61,787 bases of DNA from Deltaproteobacteria bacterium (GCA_019237945.1 JAFAOG010000040.1:1-61787), one strand, 5' to 3'. Numbered from the stretch's first letter, positions 1-9,522 are shown. Notes: a model not told the origin generated them from the letters alone. Numbers and translations: made by a program.

Positions 1-1395
1 ATCCTCCAGCTGCGCATCCCCGCCGATCTCGACACGCGCCACAAGCTCTCCGACTGCATCACCGACGCCGAGCGCCCGGTCGTGTTCATCGGCCCGTTCG
101 AGCACCACTCCAACGAGCTGCCGTGGCGCGAGTCGATCGCGGACGTCGTCGTGATCCACGAGGACGCCGATGGCCACGTCGATCTCGCGCACCTCGAAGC
201 CGAGCTCGTCAAGCACGCGGCGCGGCCGCTCAAGATCGGCAGCTTCTCGGCCGCGTCGAACGTCACTGGCATCGCGACCGATCAGATCGCGGTCGCCAAG
301 CTGCTCCATCAGCACGGTGCGCTCAGCTTCTGGGACTTCGCCGCGGCGGGCCCGTACGTCGACATCAAGGTCAACGAGGGCGACGGCGCGCACAAGGACG
401 CCGTGTTCATCTCGCCGCACAAGTTCATCGGCGGCCCCCAGACGCCGGGCGTGCTCGTCGTCAAGCGCCAGCTGCTGCGCAACACGGTGCCCGCGTGCCC
501 GGGCGGCGGCACGGTCGCGTACGTCAACCAGGAGGAGCACCGCTACGTCGTCGATCCGGTCGTGCGCGAGGAGGGCGGCACGCCCGCGATCATCGAGTCG
601 ATCCGCGCCGGGCTCGTGTTCCAGCTCAAGGAGGCGGTCGGCGCCGATGCGATCCGCGAGCGCGAGGTCGACTTCATCCAGCGCGCGATCGCGTCGTGGT
701 CGAAGAACGATCGCATCGCGATCCTCGGCAACAAGGCGGCGTGGCGGCTGTCGATCGTGTCGTTCATCGTGCGCCATCGCGAGGCGTACCTGCACCACAA
801 CTTCGTCGTCGCGCTGCTCAACGATCTGTTCGGGATCCAGTCGCGCGGCGGCTGCGGCTGCGCCGGCCCCTACGGCCACCGCTTGCTCGGCATCGACGTC
901 GAGACCAGCAAGGAATTCGAGCGCGAGATCGTGCGCGGCTGCGAGGGCATCAAGCCCGGCTGGGTCCGCGTCAACTTCAACTACTTCCTCAGCGAGACGC
1001 AGTTCCAGTTCATCCTCGACGCGATCCACCTGATCGCGAACGACGGCTGGCGCCTGCTGCCGCACTACAGCTTCAACCCCGATACCGGCGAGTGGCGCCA
1101 CCGCCGCGCGACGAACGCGAGCGTGATGCGGATGGCCGAGGTCAGCTACCGCACGGGCAAGATGGAGTACCGCTCGCGGCACGCGACCGAGCCGGAGTGG
1201 GCGCTTCCGGGCTATCTCGAGGACGCGCGCCGGATCATCGCGGCCGCGACCGACGAATTCCGCACGATGGAGCTCGAGGAGGCGCCGCGCACGCCCGACT
1301 TCGAGGAGCTGCGCTGGTTCCCGCTACCGAGCGAGGTGCTCGACGAGCTGCGCGGCAAGCCGACGGGCCGCCATGGCCGGCTATTTCGAACGTAG
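1..1395 (+). CDS. Aminotransferase class V-fold PLP-dependent enzyme (cysteine desulfurase-like), 5' end cut by the window edge
   Basis: Frame 1 is open from nt 1; track ORF 82..1395 is its Met-initiated part. The motif ISPHKFIGGPQTPGVLVV resembles the PLP-Lys region of class V aminotransferases. Strong G/C third-position bias. Confidence 0.8.
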   Translation: MLQLRIPADLDTRHKLSDCITDAERPVVFIGPFEHHSNELPWRESIADVVVIHEDADGHVDLAHLEAELVKHAARPLKIGSFSAASNVTGIATDQIAVAKLLHQHGALSFWDFAAAGPYVDIKVNEGDGAHKDAVFISPHKFIGGPQTPGVLVVKRQLLRNTVPACPGGGTVAYVNQEEHRYVVDPVVREEGGTPAIIESIRAGLVFQLKEAVGADAIREREVDFIQRAIASWSKNDRIAILGNKAAWRLSIVSFIVRHREAYLHHNFVVALLNDLFGIQSRGGCGCAGPYGHRLLGIDVETSKEFEREIVRGCEGIKPGWVRVNFNYFLSETQFQFILDAIHLIANDGWRLLPHYSFNPDTGEWRHRRATNASVMRMAEVSYRTGKMEYRSRHATEPEWALPGYLEDARRIIAAATDEFRTMELEEAPRTPDFEELRWFPLPSEVLDELRGKPTGRHGRLFRT

Positions 1396-1983
1396 CCGCA
1401 CGCCGAACAGCAGATCGAGATCGTAGCTCGTGTAGTCGAACGTGATCTCGTTCTTGCCGGCCTGCGCCTTGTGGTTGTGACCGCCGAACGGCAGCGCGAC
1501 CTCGCCGCCGATGTCGACATCGCCGAGGCTCCACCACACGCCGCCGCCGAGCTCGAACGCCCAGCCGACGTCGGTGTCGCTCGCGTGGAACGTCGTGCCG
1601 AGGATCGTCGTGTCGGCGCTCGCGTGCGCGATGTCGATGCCGCCCCCGGCGCGGCCCGCGACCGTCAGCTTCGGCGCGACCTGCTTCTCGAACAGCACGT
1701 GCGCCTGGATGCGGAAGCGGTGCGCGCCGACGTCGACCGCCTGGCTCTGGTAGTTGTACGAGATCGGCGTCCAGTCGGCCGTCACCATGCCGCCGACGTT
1801 CGATTCGCCGATCGCTCCGACGCGCGCGCCGAGCTTGGGGCTCGAGCCGACCTGGTCGCTCCAGCCGGAGTTGTCGGACTTGCTGTCGCCGAGCGGGATC
1901 ATGATGCCGCCGGTGGCGCCGAGGAAGCTGTCGGCGGCCGCGGGAGTGGCGGCGAGCAAGAGAAGGAGGGGCAGGCTACGCAT
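1381..1983 (-). CDS. Small outer-membrane beta-barrel (porin-family) protein
   Basis: Internal Met (residue 172) of ORF 1381..2496. Signal peptide MRSLPLLLLLAATPAAA. Alternating amphipathic strands (WAFELGGGVWW, FDYTSYDLDLLFGVRL). The N-terminal 171 aa of the long ORF look like Arg/Pro-rich shadow sequence. Confidence 0.7.
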   Translation of the reverse strand: MRSLPLLLLLAATPAAADSFLGATGGIMIPLGDSKSDNSGWSDQVGSSPKLGARVGAIGESNVGGMVTADWTPISYNYQSQAVDVGAHRFRIQAHVLFEKQVAPKLTVAGRAGGGIDIAHASADTTILGTTFHASDTDVGWAFELGGGVWWSLGDVDIGGEVALPFGGHNHKAQAGKNEITFDYTSYDLDLLFGVRLRSK

Positions 1984-2122
1984 GCGCGCGAGCGTATCCT
2001 CGGGTACTCGCGGTGTCACCCGCAGGCTAACAAGCCGCGAATCGGATTCCCGGTGATCTCGAATGGTTGGCCGTGGCACGAGGCGTGCTCTTGGGTCGGT
2101 CACCACCAAGGAGCATCCCACC

Positions 2123-2422
2123 ATGAAGACGATCGACACCAACCTCCTCGATACGGTCACCGGCGGCACGGGCTCGCTGCCGGTCTCGTCGACGCCGACG
2201 TCCGGCGGCACCAGCGACTCCAACAGCCAGGTGCTCTCGACGCTGCAGAACATCCAGAGCTCGCTCTCCGATCTCGGCAAGAACAACAACTCGTTGTTCG
2301 GCGGCCAGAACGGTGCGCTGCTGATGATGACGATGGCGTTCGCGTTCTCGCGCAACAACACCACGACCGTCGTGTACGGCGGCGGTGGCGGCTGGCACCA
2401 CTGGTGCCATCGCGGCTGGTAG
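2123..2422 (+). CDS. Double-glycine-leader bacteriocin/RiPP precursor-like peptide (99 aa), paralog of 13513..13782
   Basis: AAGGAG lies 10 nt upstream of the ATG. Leader is MKTIDTNLLDTVTGG, followed by a Ser/Thr-rich segment, the helix QVLSTLQNIQSSLSDLGKN, a Met-rich hydrophobic patch and a Gly5-WHHWCHRGW tail. Architecture matches the precursor next to the LanB/ABC locus. Confidence 0.6.
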   Translation: MKTIDTNLLDTVTGGTGSLPVSSTPTSGGTSDSNSQVLSTLQNIQSSLSDLGKNNNSLFGGQNGALLMMTMAFAFSRNNTTTVVYGGGGGWHHWCHRGW

Positions 2423-2431
2423 CATCGCCGC

Positions 2432-2878
2432 ATGGCGATGACGGATCGGATCGTGCCCCTGTGTGATCTCCTGCTCGGCGCGGCATACGCCGACAAGGAG
2501 CTGAAGGATCAGGAGCGCGACGAGGTCCGTGCGCTGCTCGAAGAGCTCGCCGGCGAGCTGCCGACCGAGGTCGAGCTGCGGCTATCGGGATTCGATCCGG
2601 CGACGTTCGATCTCGAGACGGCGGCCGCGCCGTTTCGCGGCGATACCGAGGACGAGCGCAAGAAGCTGCTGGTGCTCGTCAGCGCGGTCAACGAGTCCGA
2701 CGAGGAGATCGACTTCTCGGAGGACGACTACCTGCGCGATCTCGCGAAGGCACTCGGGCTGCCGAAGAAGGCGCTCGAGGGCCTGACGATGGAGATCGAG
2801 CAGGAAGAGGACGTCGACCTGACCGACCTGTTCGCGGAGGTCCGCAAGGGCCCGCCGCCGCCGCCGAAGAAGAAGTAG
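2432..2878 (+). CDS. TerB-family (tellurite-resistance-like) protein
   Basis: 148 aa and acidic. LLGAAYADKELKDQERDEV plus a second DEEIDFSEDDYL repeat, as in TerB-like domains. Good codon bias. Confidence 0.7.
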   Translation: MAMTDRIVPLCDLLLGAAYADKELKDQERDEVRALLEELAGELPTEVELRLSGFDPATFDLETAAAPFRGDTEDERKKLLVLVSAVNESDEEIDFSEDDYLRDLAKALGLPKKALEGLTMEIEQEEDVDLTDLFAEVRKGPPPPPKKK

Positions 2879-2884
2879 CGCGTC

Positions 2885-3529
<645 letters not shown>

Positions 3530-3643
3530 GGCCAATGGGGGTACCACGCCGCGCATTCCAGCCGGAGCTGCGTGCTGCCAACGGCCCATCGCAACCGGTG
3601 CGGCGTCGAGGCAGCGTCAGGTGTTCGCGACGTGCGCAGGCGA

Positions 3644-4942
3644 TTACGCGGCGCCGCGCTTCTCGACGAGCTCGATGCCGATGGTTCGCAGTAGCTCGCT
3701 CGGAGCACGCCCGCCGATCTGGATGATCACGGCATCGCAGGGCACGGTCTCGGTGCCTCGCGCGCCGCGCAAGATCACGCGATCACGATGAATCTCGGCG
3801 ACCTCGGTCCCGAGGTACGGCGTGATCTGACCGCTCCTGAACATCTTGTCGATCTTGTTGCGCACGAGGCCGCGCAACCGCCCGAGCTCGGTGCGCCGGT
3901 ACGACAGCGACACCGAGGCACAGTGCCCCTGCTCGACGAGCGCGATCGCGTTATCGGCCGCCGCGTTGCCTCCGCCGACGACGAGCACGTGCTTGTCCCG
4001 GTAGACCTGCGGCTCGAGCACCCGGTACGCGACCATCGGCAGCTCCTCGCCGGGAACGCCGAGCGTGTTCGGCGCGCCGCGCCGGCCGAGCGCGAGCACG
4101 ACGTTCGCCGCACGCTTGACCCAGCCGTTCGTGCCGACGACGCGCCACACGTTGCCCTCGGCGTGGATCGCCTCGACGCGCACGCCTTCCTCGATGTGGA
4201 GCTGCGTGCGCGCGCGGATGTCGCGCCACAGCTCGAGCAGCTGCTCCTTCGACATCGTCCTCTTGCGCACGGTGCCGTAGCCGGGCAGCTCGAAGCTGCC
4301 GGTCATGACGACCTTCGCGCGCGGGTAGTGCGCGATCGTGCCGCCCCACGCCGTCTGATCGACGACGAGCGTGCGGATGTTGTACGCCTCGAGCTGCAGC
4401 GCGGCGGCGGTGCCCGACGGACCGGAGCCGACGACGATCGCATCGTAGTCGCCGCCGCGCCGGCCTTCCTTGACGATCGCGGTCGCGGCCTGACGGCCCT
4501 GCTCGACGCAGTTGCGGATCAGGCCCATGCCCGACAGCTCGCCGACGACGTAGATGCCGCGCTGGCTCGTCTCGTAGTGCGGCGACAGCTTCGGCAGCTC
4601 CACACCGCGCGTCGCGGTGCCGTAGATCAGCTTGATCGCGCCGACCGGGCACGCCGACATGCACGCGGAGTGACCGACGCACGCGAGCGGGTTGATCAGG
4701 CGCGCGCGCCCGTCGGTGATCGCGAGGATGTCCTTCTCGGGACACGCGCGGATGCACGCGCCGGAGCCGATGCACTTGTCGAGATCGATCTCGGGGTGCA
4801 GCGTGATCGGGAAGATGTCATCGCCGAGCTGCTGCGCCTCCTCATGGCGCATCGCATTGCGCGCCTGGCGCTTCTTGTCCCAGTACGACCACGCCGCATA
4901 GGGAACGGCCGCGGCGAGGATCATCAAGACGACGACGTTCAT
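3644..4942 (-). CDS. Membrane-anchored 2x[4Fe-4S] ferredoxin / FAD-NAD(P)-binding oxidoreductase (thioredoxin-reductase-like)
   Basis: Start at MNVVVLMILAAAVPYAAW (TM anchor). Its ATG overlaps the stop of the upstream gene (ATGA at 4939-4942). Cys clusters CIGSGACIRACP and CVGHSACMSACP. Dinucleotide folds VVGSGPSGTAAA and VVGGGNAAADNA. Confidence 0.85.
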   Translation of the reverse strand: MNVVVLMILAAAVPYAAWSYWDKKRQARNAMRHEEAQQLGDDIFPITLHPEIDLDKCIGSGACIRACPEKDILAITDGRARLINPLACVGHSACMSACPVGAIKLIYGTATRGVELPKLSPHYETSQRGIYVVGELSGMGLIRNCVEQGRQAATAIVKEGRRGGDYDAIVVGSGPSGTAAALQLEAYNIRTLVVDQTAWGGTIAHYPRAKVVMTGSFELPGYGTVRKRTMSKEQLLELWRDIRARTQLHIEEGVRVEAIHAEGNVWRVVGTNGWVKRAANVVLALGRRGAPNTLGVPGEELPMVAYRVLEPQVYRDKHVLVVGGGNAAADNAIALVEQGHCASVSLSYRRTELGRLRGLVRNKIDKMFRSGQITPYLGTEVAEIHRDRVILRGARGTETVPCDAVIIQIGGRAPSELLRTIGIELVEKRGAA

Positions 4943-5304
4943 GGTGGAGTTGCCGGACCGTTTCCCGATGGGTGGCAGGACATGCAGAAGTCCGCGTTGA
5001 CCGGATCCCACGTGTAGCCGCTACCGGCGGATCCCGTGTGGATCGATGCCATGTCACCCATCGTGTGGCACGGGCCGCCGCACTGCGCGTGCACCGCGTT
5101 GAGACCCATGCCCTTCTTGAAGATGTGGCAGTCGGCGCAGTCGATGCCCATGTGGACGCCCGTCTTGATCGGGAACGCGTCCTCGGGATGGAGCAGCTTC
5201 TGCGTGTGGCAGTTCGTGCAGGAGCGCTCGGTGAACTCCACCTGCGACTGCGAGTGCGGCTCGGTGCACGCGGCGACGAGCGCGACGAGAACGAGCCACT
5301 TCAT
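4939..5304 (-). CDS. Small multihaem c-type cytochrome lipoprotein (121 aa)
   Basis: C-terminal part of ORF 4939..6051, from MKWLVLVALVAAC (lipobox). Motifs CTNCH, CADCH, CGGPCH and CMSCH. ATGA overlap with the upstream gene at 5301-5304. Confidence 0.8.
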   Translation of the reverse strand: MKWLVLVALVAACTEPHSQSQVEFTERSCTNCHTQKLLHPEDAFPIKTGVHMGIDCADCHIFKKGMGLNAVHAQCGGPCHTMGDMASIHTGSAGSGYTWDPVNADFCMSCHPSGNGPATPP

Positions 5305-6911
5305 GGCAGCGGCCTCCAGGCGAGCGTGGTGAGCAGTGCGAGCACGTCGCGATCCTGGCCTGTCGTGCCGAGCGCGTCGAGTGCGAAGTCGAACGCGGCC
5401 GACACGCTGTAGTGGAGGTCGAGCACGAGCGAGTGGATCACGAACGCCTCGCTCTGCGCCGCGTAGTCGAGACGCTCGGGGCGATACGTCACCGCGAGAT
5501 CGACGCGGCGGCTCGGCGACATCGCGAGGCCGAGATCGGCCGCTTCCCACGCCGAGAACGCGCTGTGACCGCCCGACACCGCGAGCACGGCGCGATGCGC
5601 ACGCGGTCCGAGCTCGCCGTGCACGTAGCCGGAGAAGTCCGTCTGTAGCGTGAGGCTCTGCGTCTGTCCGATCGAGCCGACCGCGTCGACGGCGTAGCCA
5701 TCGCCCGCGATCCCGCCCGACACCGTCGACGCGAGCCAGTAGTCGGCGCCGAGGCACGTCTCCGGCATCACGCCGGGCAACGCCTTCGTCGCGCACAGCC
5801 AGCTCTGCGGCAGCGCGGCCGCGAGGCGCAACGTGCGCTCGGGGCGCAGGAACGTGAAATCGAGGCCGACGTGGCTGCCGCGATGCCGCCACTCGCCCGA
5901 CGCGCCGGCGCCGGTGACGTCGATCGCGGGCGCGCCCCACGGGTTGTTCGCGTCGAACATCTGGACGTCGCCCCACGCGTTCAGGAACAGGGCGTCCTTC
6001 TGGGCGGCGGCGGCGATCGAGAGGATGCGCTCGTCGACCTGGCCGCCCCACGTCGAGCCGTGCGCATTGACGGCGAGATGCGGATGCCAGCCCGTGGGCG
6101 CGTCGTAGATCGCTTCCGCGCCGAAGCGCGAGGCGCTGGTGCCCGGCACGCCGCTGATCGGATCGGGCACGAGGCCGCCATACGCGGCGAGCTCGAGGTG
6201 ACCGGTGCGGAACGCGGCGCGGCCGCCGTCGAGCATGCCGACGCTCGTCGCGGCGTAGCGCAACCGGCCGAGCGCGATCGACGGATCCGCCGCATCACCC
6301 CAGCGCAGCGCGGCGGCGCGCACGAAGAACGGCACGCGCGAGCCCGAGTCGAAGCCGGTGCCGAACAGGCGAATGGCGGCGTCGACATCGGCGCCGAGCG
6401 CGCTGTCGGTGATCCGGTCGAAGCTGCCGACGATGCGCGCCTCGATCTGACCGCCCGAGCCGTCCTTGTCGAGGTTGCCGAACATGTGGCCGTAGACCGC
6501 GAGGTGATTGCTGCCGCGCGTCGCCGTCTCGCCGAGCGGGACCTCTTGGACCTGCTGCTGCGTCGCGGGCCGCACGGCCTCGGGCCACTGCTCCTTGAAC
6601 GCGTCGAGCGGCTTCGGCGCGGGGAGCTTCTCGCCCGGCGGGGCGCCCGGTTGCGTCGCTTGCGCCGAGGCGTCGGCGACTCCGGTCGTGCCGACCGGCA
6701 GCGACGCGTGCACCGCGCACGTCTTCTCGGTGCACTCGGCGATCGTGACGTCGCGCGCGCCGAAGCGCACGTGCATGCCCGCGCGCAGCCCGCTGACGGT
6801 GCCGCCGTCGATGTACGACGTGTCGCCCGCCGAGTCGATCACGCGCACGGTGATGCGATCCGCGAACGCCGCGTGCGCGACGAGCAACAGCAGCAGCGGC
6901 AGCTTCTTCAT
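5301..6911 (-). CDS. Putative outer-membrane beta-barrel protein of the cytochrome operon (536 aa)
   Basis: Met286 of ORF 5301..7766. Signal peptide MKKLPLLLLLVAHAAFA, a Pro-rich linker, then about 400 aa of alternating Gly/aromatic strand-like segments (LDFTFLRPE, VDLAVTYRPE, LVLDLHYSVSAAFDFAL). The barrel assignment is an inference. Confidence 0.7.
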   Translation of the reverse strand: MKKLPLLLLLVAHAAFADRITVRVIDSAGDTSYIDGGTVSGLRAGMHVRFGARDVTIAECTEKTCAVHASLPVGTTGVADASAQATQPGAPPGEKLPAPKPLDAFKEQWPEAVRPATQQQVQEVPLGETATRGSNHLAVYGHMFGNLDKDGSGGQIEARIVGSFDRITDSALGADVDAAIRLFGTGFDSGSRVPFFVRAAALRWGDAADPSIALGRLRYAATSVGMLDGGRAAFRTGHLELAAYGGLVPDPISGVPGTSASRFGAEAIYDAPTGWHPHLAVNAHGSTWGGQVDERILSIAAAAQKDALFLNAWGDVQMFDANNPWGAPAIDVTGAGASGEWRHRGSHVGLDFTFLRPERTLRLAAALPQSWLCATKALPGVMPETCLGADYWLASTVSGGIAGDGYAVDAVGSIGQTQSLTLQTDFSGYVHGELGPRAHRAVLAVSGGHSAFSAWEAADLGLAMSPSRRVDLAVTYRPERLDYAAQSEAFVIHSLVLDLHYSVSAAFDFALDALGTTGQDRDVLALLTTLAWRPLP

Positions 6912-7210
6912 CGGCGGATCCCCCGCGGATGACACGACAGGCACGCGCTCGCCGTCATCGCGACCGGCCGGCGGTGCTGCTTGCGGACGTCGCTGTGGCA
7001 GCCATCGCAGCGGACCATCTTCGGGCGCTGCCGATCGATGTGACAGTCGGCGCACGCGACGAGCTTGTGGCTGCCGGTCGACAGCGTGAACGACGTGTCG
7101 TGTGCGAGCGACTGCTGGATGCGCGGCATCACCTGCGTCGAGTCGGTGAACGCCTGGGAGAACGTCGTCGTGTTGTGGCACTGGCTGCACGTTCGCGGGA
7201 ACGGCGTCAT
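6908..7210 (-). CDS. C-terminal four-haem part of an interrupted decahaem cytochrome c (in frame with 7277..7729)
   Basis: Motifs CSQCH, CADCH, CDGCH and CLSCH. No signal peptide of its own. Same frame as 7277..7729, separated only by the TGA at 7277-7279 plus 22 sense codons. ATGA overlap with the barrel gene at 6908-6911. Confidence 0.6.
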   Translation of the reverse strand: MTPFPRTCSQCHNTTTFSQAFTDSTQVMPRIQQSLAHDTSFTLSTGSHKLVACADCHIDRQRPKMVRCDGCHSDVRKQHRRPVAMTASACLSCHPRGIRR

Positions 7211-7276
7211 GCTGCCTGACGGATCGGTGCCGTCGTGGTTGGGGTGCGTGTGCGGCGAGTGATAGTCCTTCGCGTG

Positions 7277-7729
7277 TCAGCCGTAGCAGTCGACGGGCAG
7301 GTCGCTGAACGTGCGCTCGGCCTGCCGCTTGTGGCACGCGTTGCACTCGACGATCGCGTGCGCACCGGTCAGCGGCATGCGCGTGCGGCGGTGCTGCTCG
7401 AGCTGCGCGACGTCGCTCCACGCGACCGCCGTGTGGCACTCGTAGCACTGGCCGTCCATGCGGCCCTGGTGCGGATCGCGGTGGCAGCCATCGCACGTCT
7501 CGCTGACCTGCGCGCCGTGGTGACACTCCTGACATCCGGTCTGCACGTGCTTGCCGCGCAGCGGGAACCCGGTCTTGTCGTGATCGAAGCCGGACTTCGC
7601 GGCGCCGCCGGCGAGCTTCCACGAGTCGCTCGTGTGGCACGCGCTGCAGTCGAGGCCCGCCGTGAGGCCGTCGTGCGCGTCGGCGAATGCCGTCGAGCAG
7701 AGGAGCAGGAGCACGAACAGCGCCTTCAC
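7277..7729 (-). CDS. N-terminal part of the decahaem cytochrome c (signal peptide + 5 CxxCH), ending at an in-frame TGA inside a sixth CxxCH
   Basis: Signal peptide MKALFVLLLLCSTAFA. Motifs CSACH, CQECH, CDGCH, CYECH and CNACH. Ends ...VDCYG-TGA-H. ATGA overlap with the upstream gene at 7726-7729. Confidence 0.75.
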   Translation of the reverse strand: MKALFVLLLLCSTAFADAHDGLTAGLDCSACHTSDSWKLAGGAAKSGFDHDKTGFPLRGKHVQTGCQECHHGAQVSETCDGCHRDPHQGRMDGQCYECHTAVAWSDVAQLEQHRRTRMPLTGAHAIVECNACHKRQAERTFSDLPVDCYG

Positions 7730-9522
7730 TTCGTCGGCCCCTTGTGCGGATCGGCGTGGCAGTCACGGCACGCGAAATAGCCGAGCCGGTAGCGCACGCT
7801 CTTGTCGCCGTTCTTCAGCTCCTCGGTCGGATGGCACTTCGCGCACTCGAGCGGCTTGTGCGCGCCCTCGAGCGGGTAGCGCGTCTTGTCGTGATCGAAC
7901 TTGTCGATCTTCCACTGCTCGACGGTGTGGCACGTCGTGCAGGCCTTCACCGGCTCGCTCGTGCGGAACTGCCCGGCGTGCATGTCCTCGTGGCAGCCCT
8001 CGCAGTCGCGCGGGATCCCGCGGAATGCAGCCGCCTCGGCGCCCTGCGCGACGTTGCCGTGACAGCCCGCGCAGCTCGCCCGCGCGTGGGCGCCGGTCAG
8101 CGGGAACGTCGAGTGATCGATCTTCGCCTGCTTCCATGCCATCGCCGTGTGGCAGTGCGCGCAGCCTCCGAGCTTCATCTCCTTGTCGAACTGCGTGCCG
8201 TGCGGGTTCTCGTGACACTCCGCGCACTGCTGCTTCGGCTGCTTCCACGTCAGCCGCGGGCGCGCGCCCGGGTGACAGCCGCTGCACGGAGTCGCCGCGT
8301 GCTTGCCGTCGAGCGTGTAGCCGGTCTGCACGTGCTGCGCGACGCCGAACGTCGTCGGCGTGAAGCCGCCGACCGAGTGGCACTGGTCGCAGGCGAAGCC
8401 CTTCATCTCGCCCTTGTGCTTGTCGGCGTGGCACGCCTCGCACGTGCCGAACGCGACCTTGCGATAGCGCGCGTCCGCGGGCTTGCTCGGCGCGTGACAC
8501 GCGGTGCACGCGGTCGTCTCGTGCTTGCCGGCGAGCGGATACTTCGTCTTGTCGTGCGACGAGCGGCCGATCGAGTCGGGCAGGCCGATCCACTTGATCG
8601 ACGCGTGACACGACTCGCATTTGTTGCCGAACGGCGCGTCGTGGACGTTCGGATGACACGCGACGCACGTCGAGCCCTTCGTCGGCGGCTTGTCGTTACC
8701 GCGGTCGTGACACGTCTTGCATCCGACCTTCGCGTGGCCATTCGCGAGCGAGACGACGGGATGCGCGCCGCCCTTGAGCGACGCCTCGCTCGCCTGCCAG
8801 CCCTTCGTGTCGTGACACTCGGCGCACGGCTTCGGCTTGAACGACGGGCGGTGCGGATCGGCGTGGCACTGATCGCACGTGTTGAACGCGAGCGGTTGCC
8901 ACTTCGGCGGCGCGCCGTGGCACTTGTCGCACACGACCGGTGCGTGCTGGCCGGTCAGCGGATAGCGCGTCAGGTTGTGATCGAACGTCCGCTGATCGAA
9001 CGCCTGCCACTTCGTGACGTTGTGGCACTTCTGGCAGGCCGCGGTGAACCGGCCCTTGTGCGGATCGGCGTGGCAGCTTCCGCAGGCGGTCGGCGTCTGC
9101 ACGAACTGCGGCTTGCCCTGCGGCGACTTCTTCGTGTGGCACTTGAGGCACGTCGGTGCGACGTGGCCACCCTCGAGCTTGTAGCCGGTCTCGTTGTGAT
9201 CGAGCTTCTCCATCGCGCCGCCCGGCCAGCGCGTCAGCTTCGCGCCGCGCCCGAGGTGATCGACGTGGCACTCCTCGCACGCCTTGCCCTTGTACGCGCG
9301 CCCGTGCAGGCCGCGCCCGCCGGCGATCTCGGCGCCGAGGTCCTTGTGGCAGTCGAGGCACAGGCGCGCGACGACCTGCTTGCCGGACTCGTGGCACTTG
9401 CTGCAGTCGTCGTCGCTGTCGATGTTCGCGTGCGCGCTCGCGAGCGGGCCGGGCGAGAGCAGCTGCGCGTGCGCGAAGCTCGGCCACGCGACCATCACCG
9501 CGAGCAGGACGATGTACTTCAC
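7726..9522 (-). CDS. Large periplasmic multihaem cytochrome c (about 598 aa; I count 23 CxxCH motifs)
   Basis: GTG start gives the signal peptide (M)KYIVLLAVMVAWPSFAHA and a GTGA overlap with the upstream gene. An alternative ATG lies at 9495. Reiterated modules F-D-H-x2-T-x-Y-P-L-x-G-x-H-x4-C-x2-C-H. The first 305 codons of ORF 7726..10437 are shadow sequence overlapping the real gene 9519..10355. Confidence 0.85.
   Translation of the reverse strand: MKYIVLLAVMVAWPSFAHAQLLSPGPLASAHANIDSDDDCSKCHESGKQVVARLCLDCHKDLGAEIAGGRGLHGRAYKGKACEECHVDHLGRGAKLTRWPGGAMEKLDHNETGYKLEGGHVAPTCLKCHTKKSPQGKPQFVQTPTACGSCHADPHKGRFTAACQKCHNVTKWQAFDQRTFDHNLTRYPLTGQHAPVVCDKCHGAPPKWQPLAFNTCDQCHADPHRPSFKPKPCAECHDTKGWQASEASLKGGAHPVVSLANGHAKVGCKTCHDRGNDKPPTKGSTCVACHPNVHDAPFGNKCESCHASIKWIGLPDSIGRSSHDKTKYPLAGKHETTACTACHAPSKPADARYRKVAFGTCEACHADKHKGEMKGFACDQCHSVGGFTPTTFGVAQHVQTGYTLDGKHAATPCSGCHPGARPRLTWKQPKQQCAECHENPHGTQFDKEMKLGGCAHCHTAMAWKQAKIDHSTFPLTGAHARASCAGCHGNVAQGAEAAAFRGIPRDCEGCHEDMHAGQFRTSEPVKACTTCHTVEQWKIDKFDHDKTRYPLEGAHKPLECAKCHPTEELKNGDKSVRYRLGYFACRDCHADPHKGPTK

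Noticed and set aside
7201-7233. Candidate SECIS stem-loop downstream of the in-frame TGA (ACGGC…GUCA-GGCAGCA-UGAC…GCCGU)
   Set aside because: The stem starts about 44 nt after the UGA and is short and bulged. Bacterial SECIS elements normally begin within about 11 nt of the UGA. I therefore cannot support selenocysteine from the sequence alone, and a nonsense mutation remains at least as likely.
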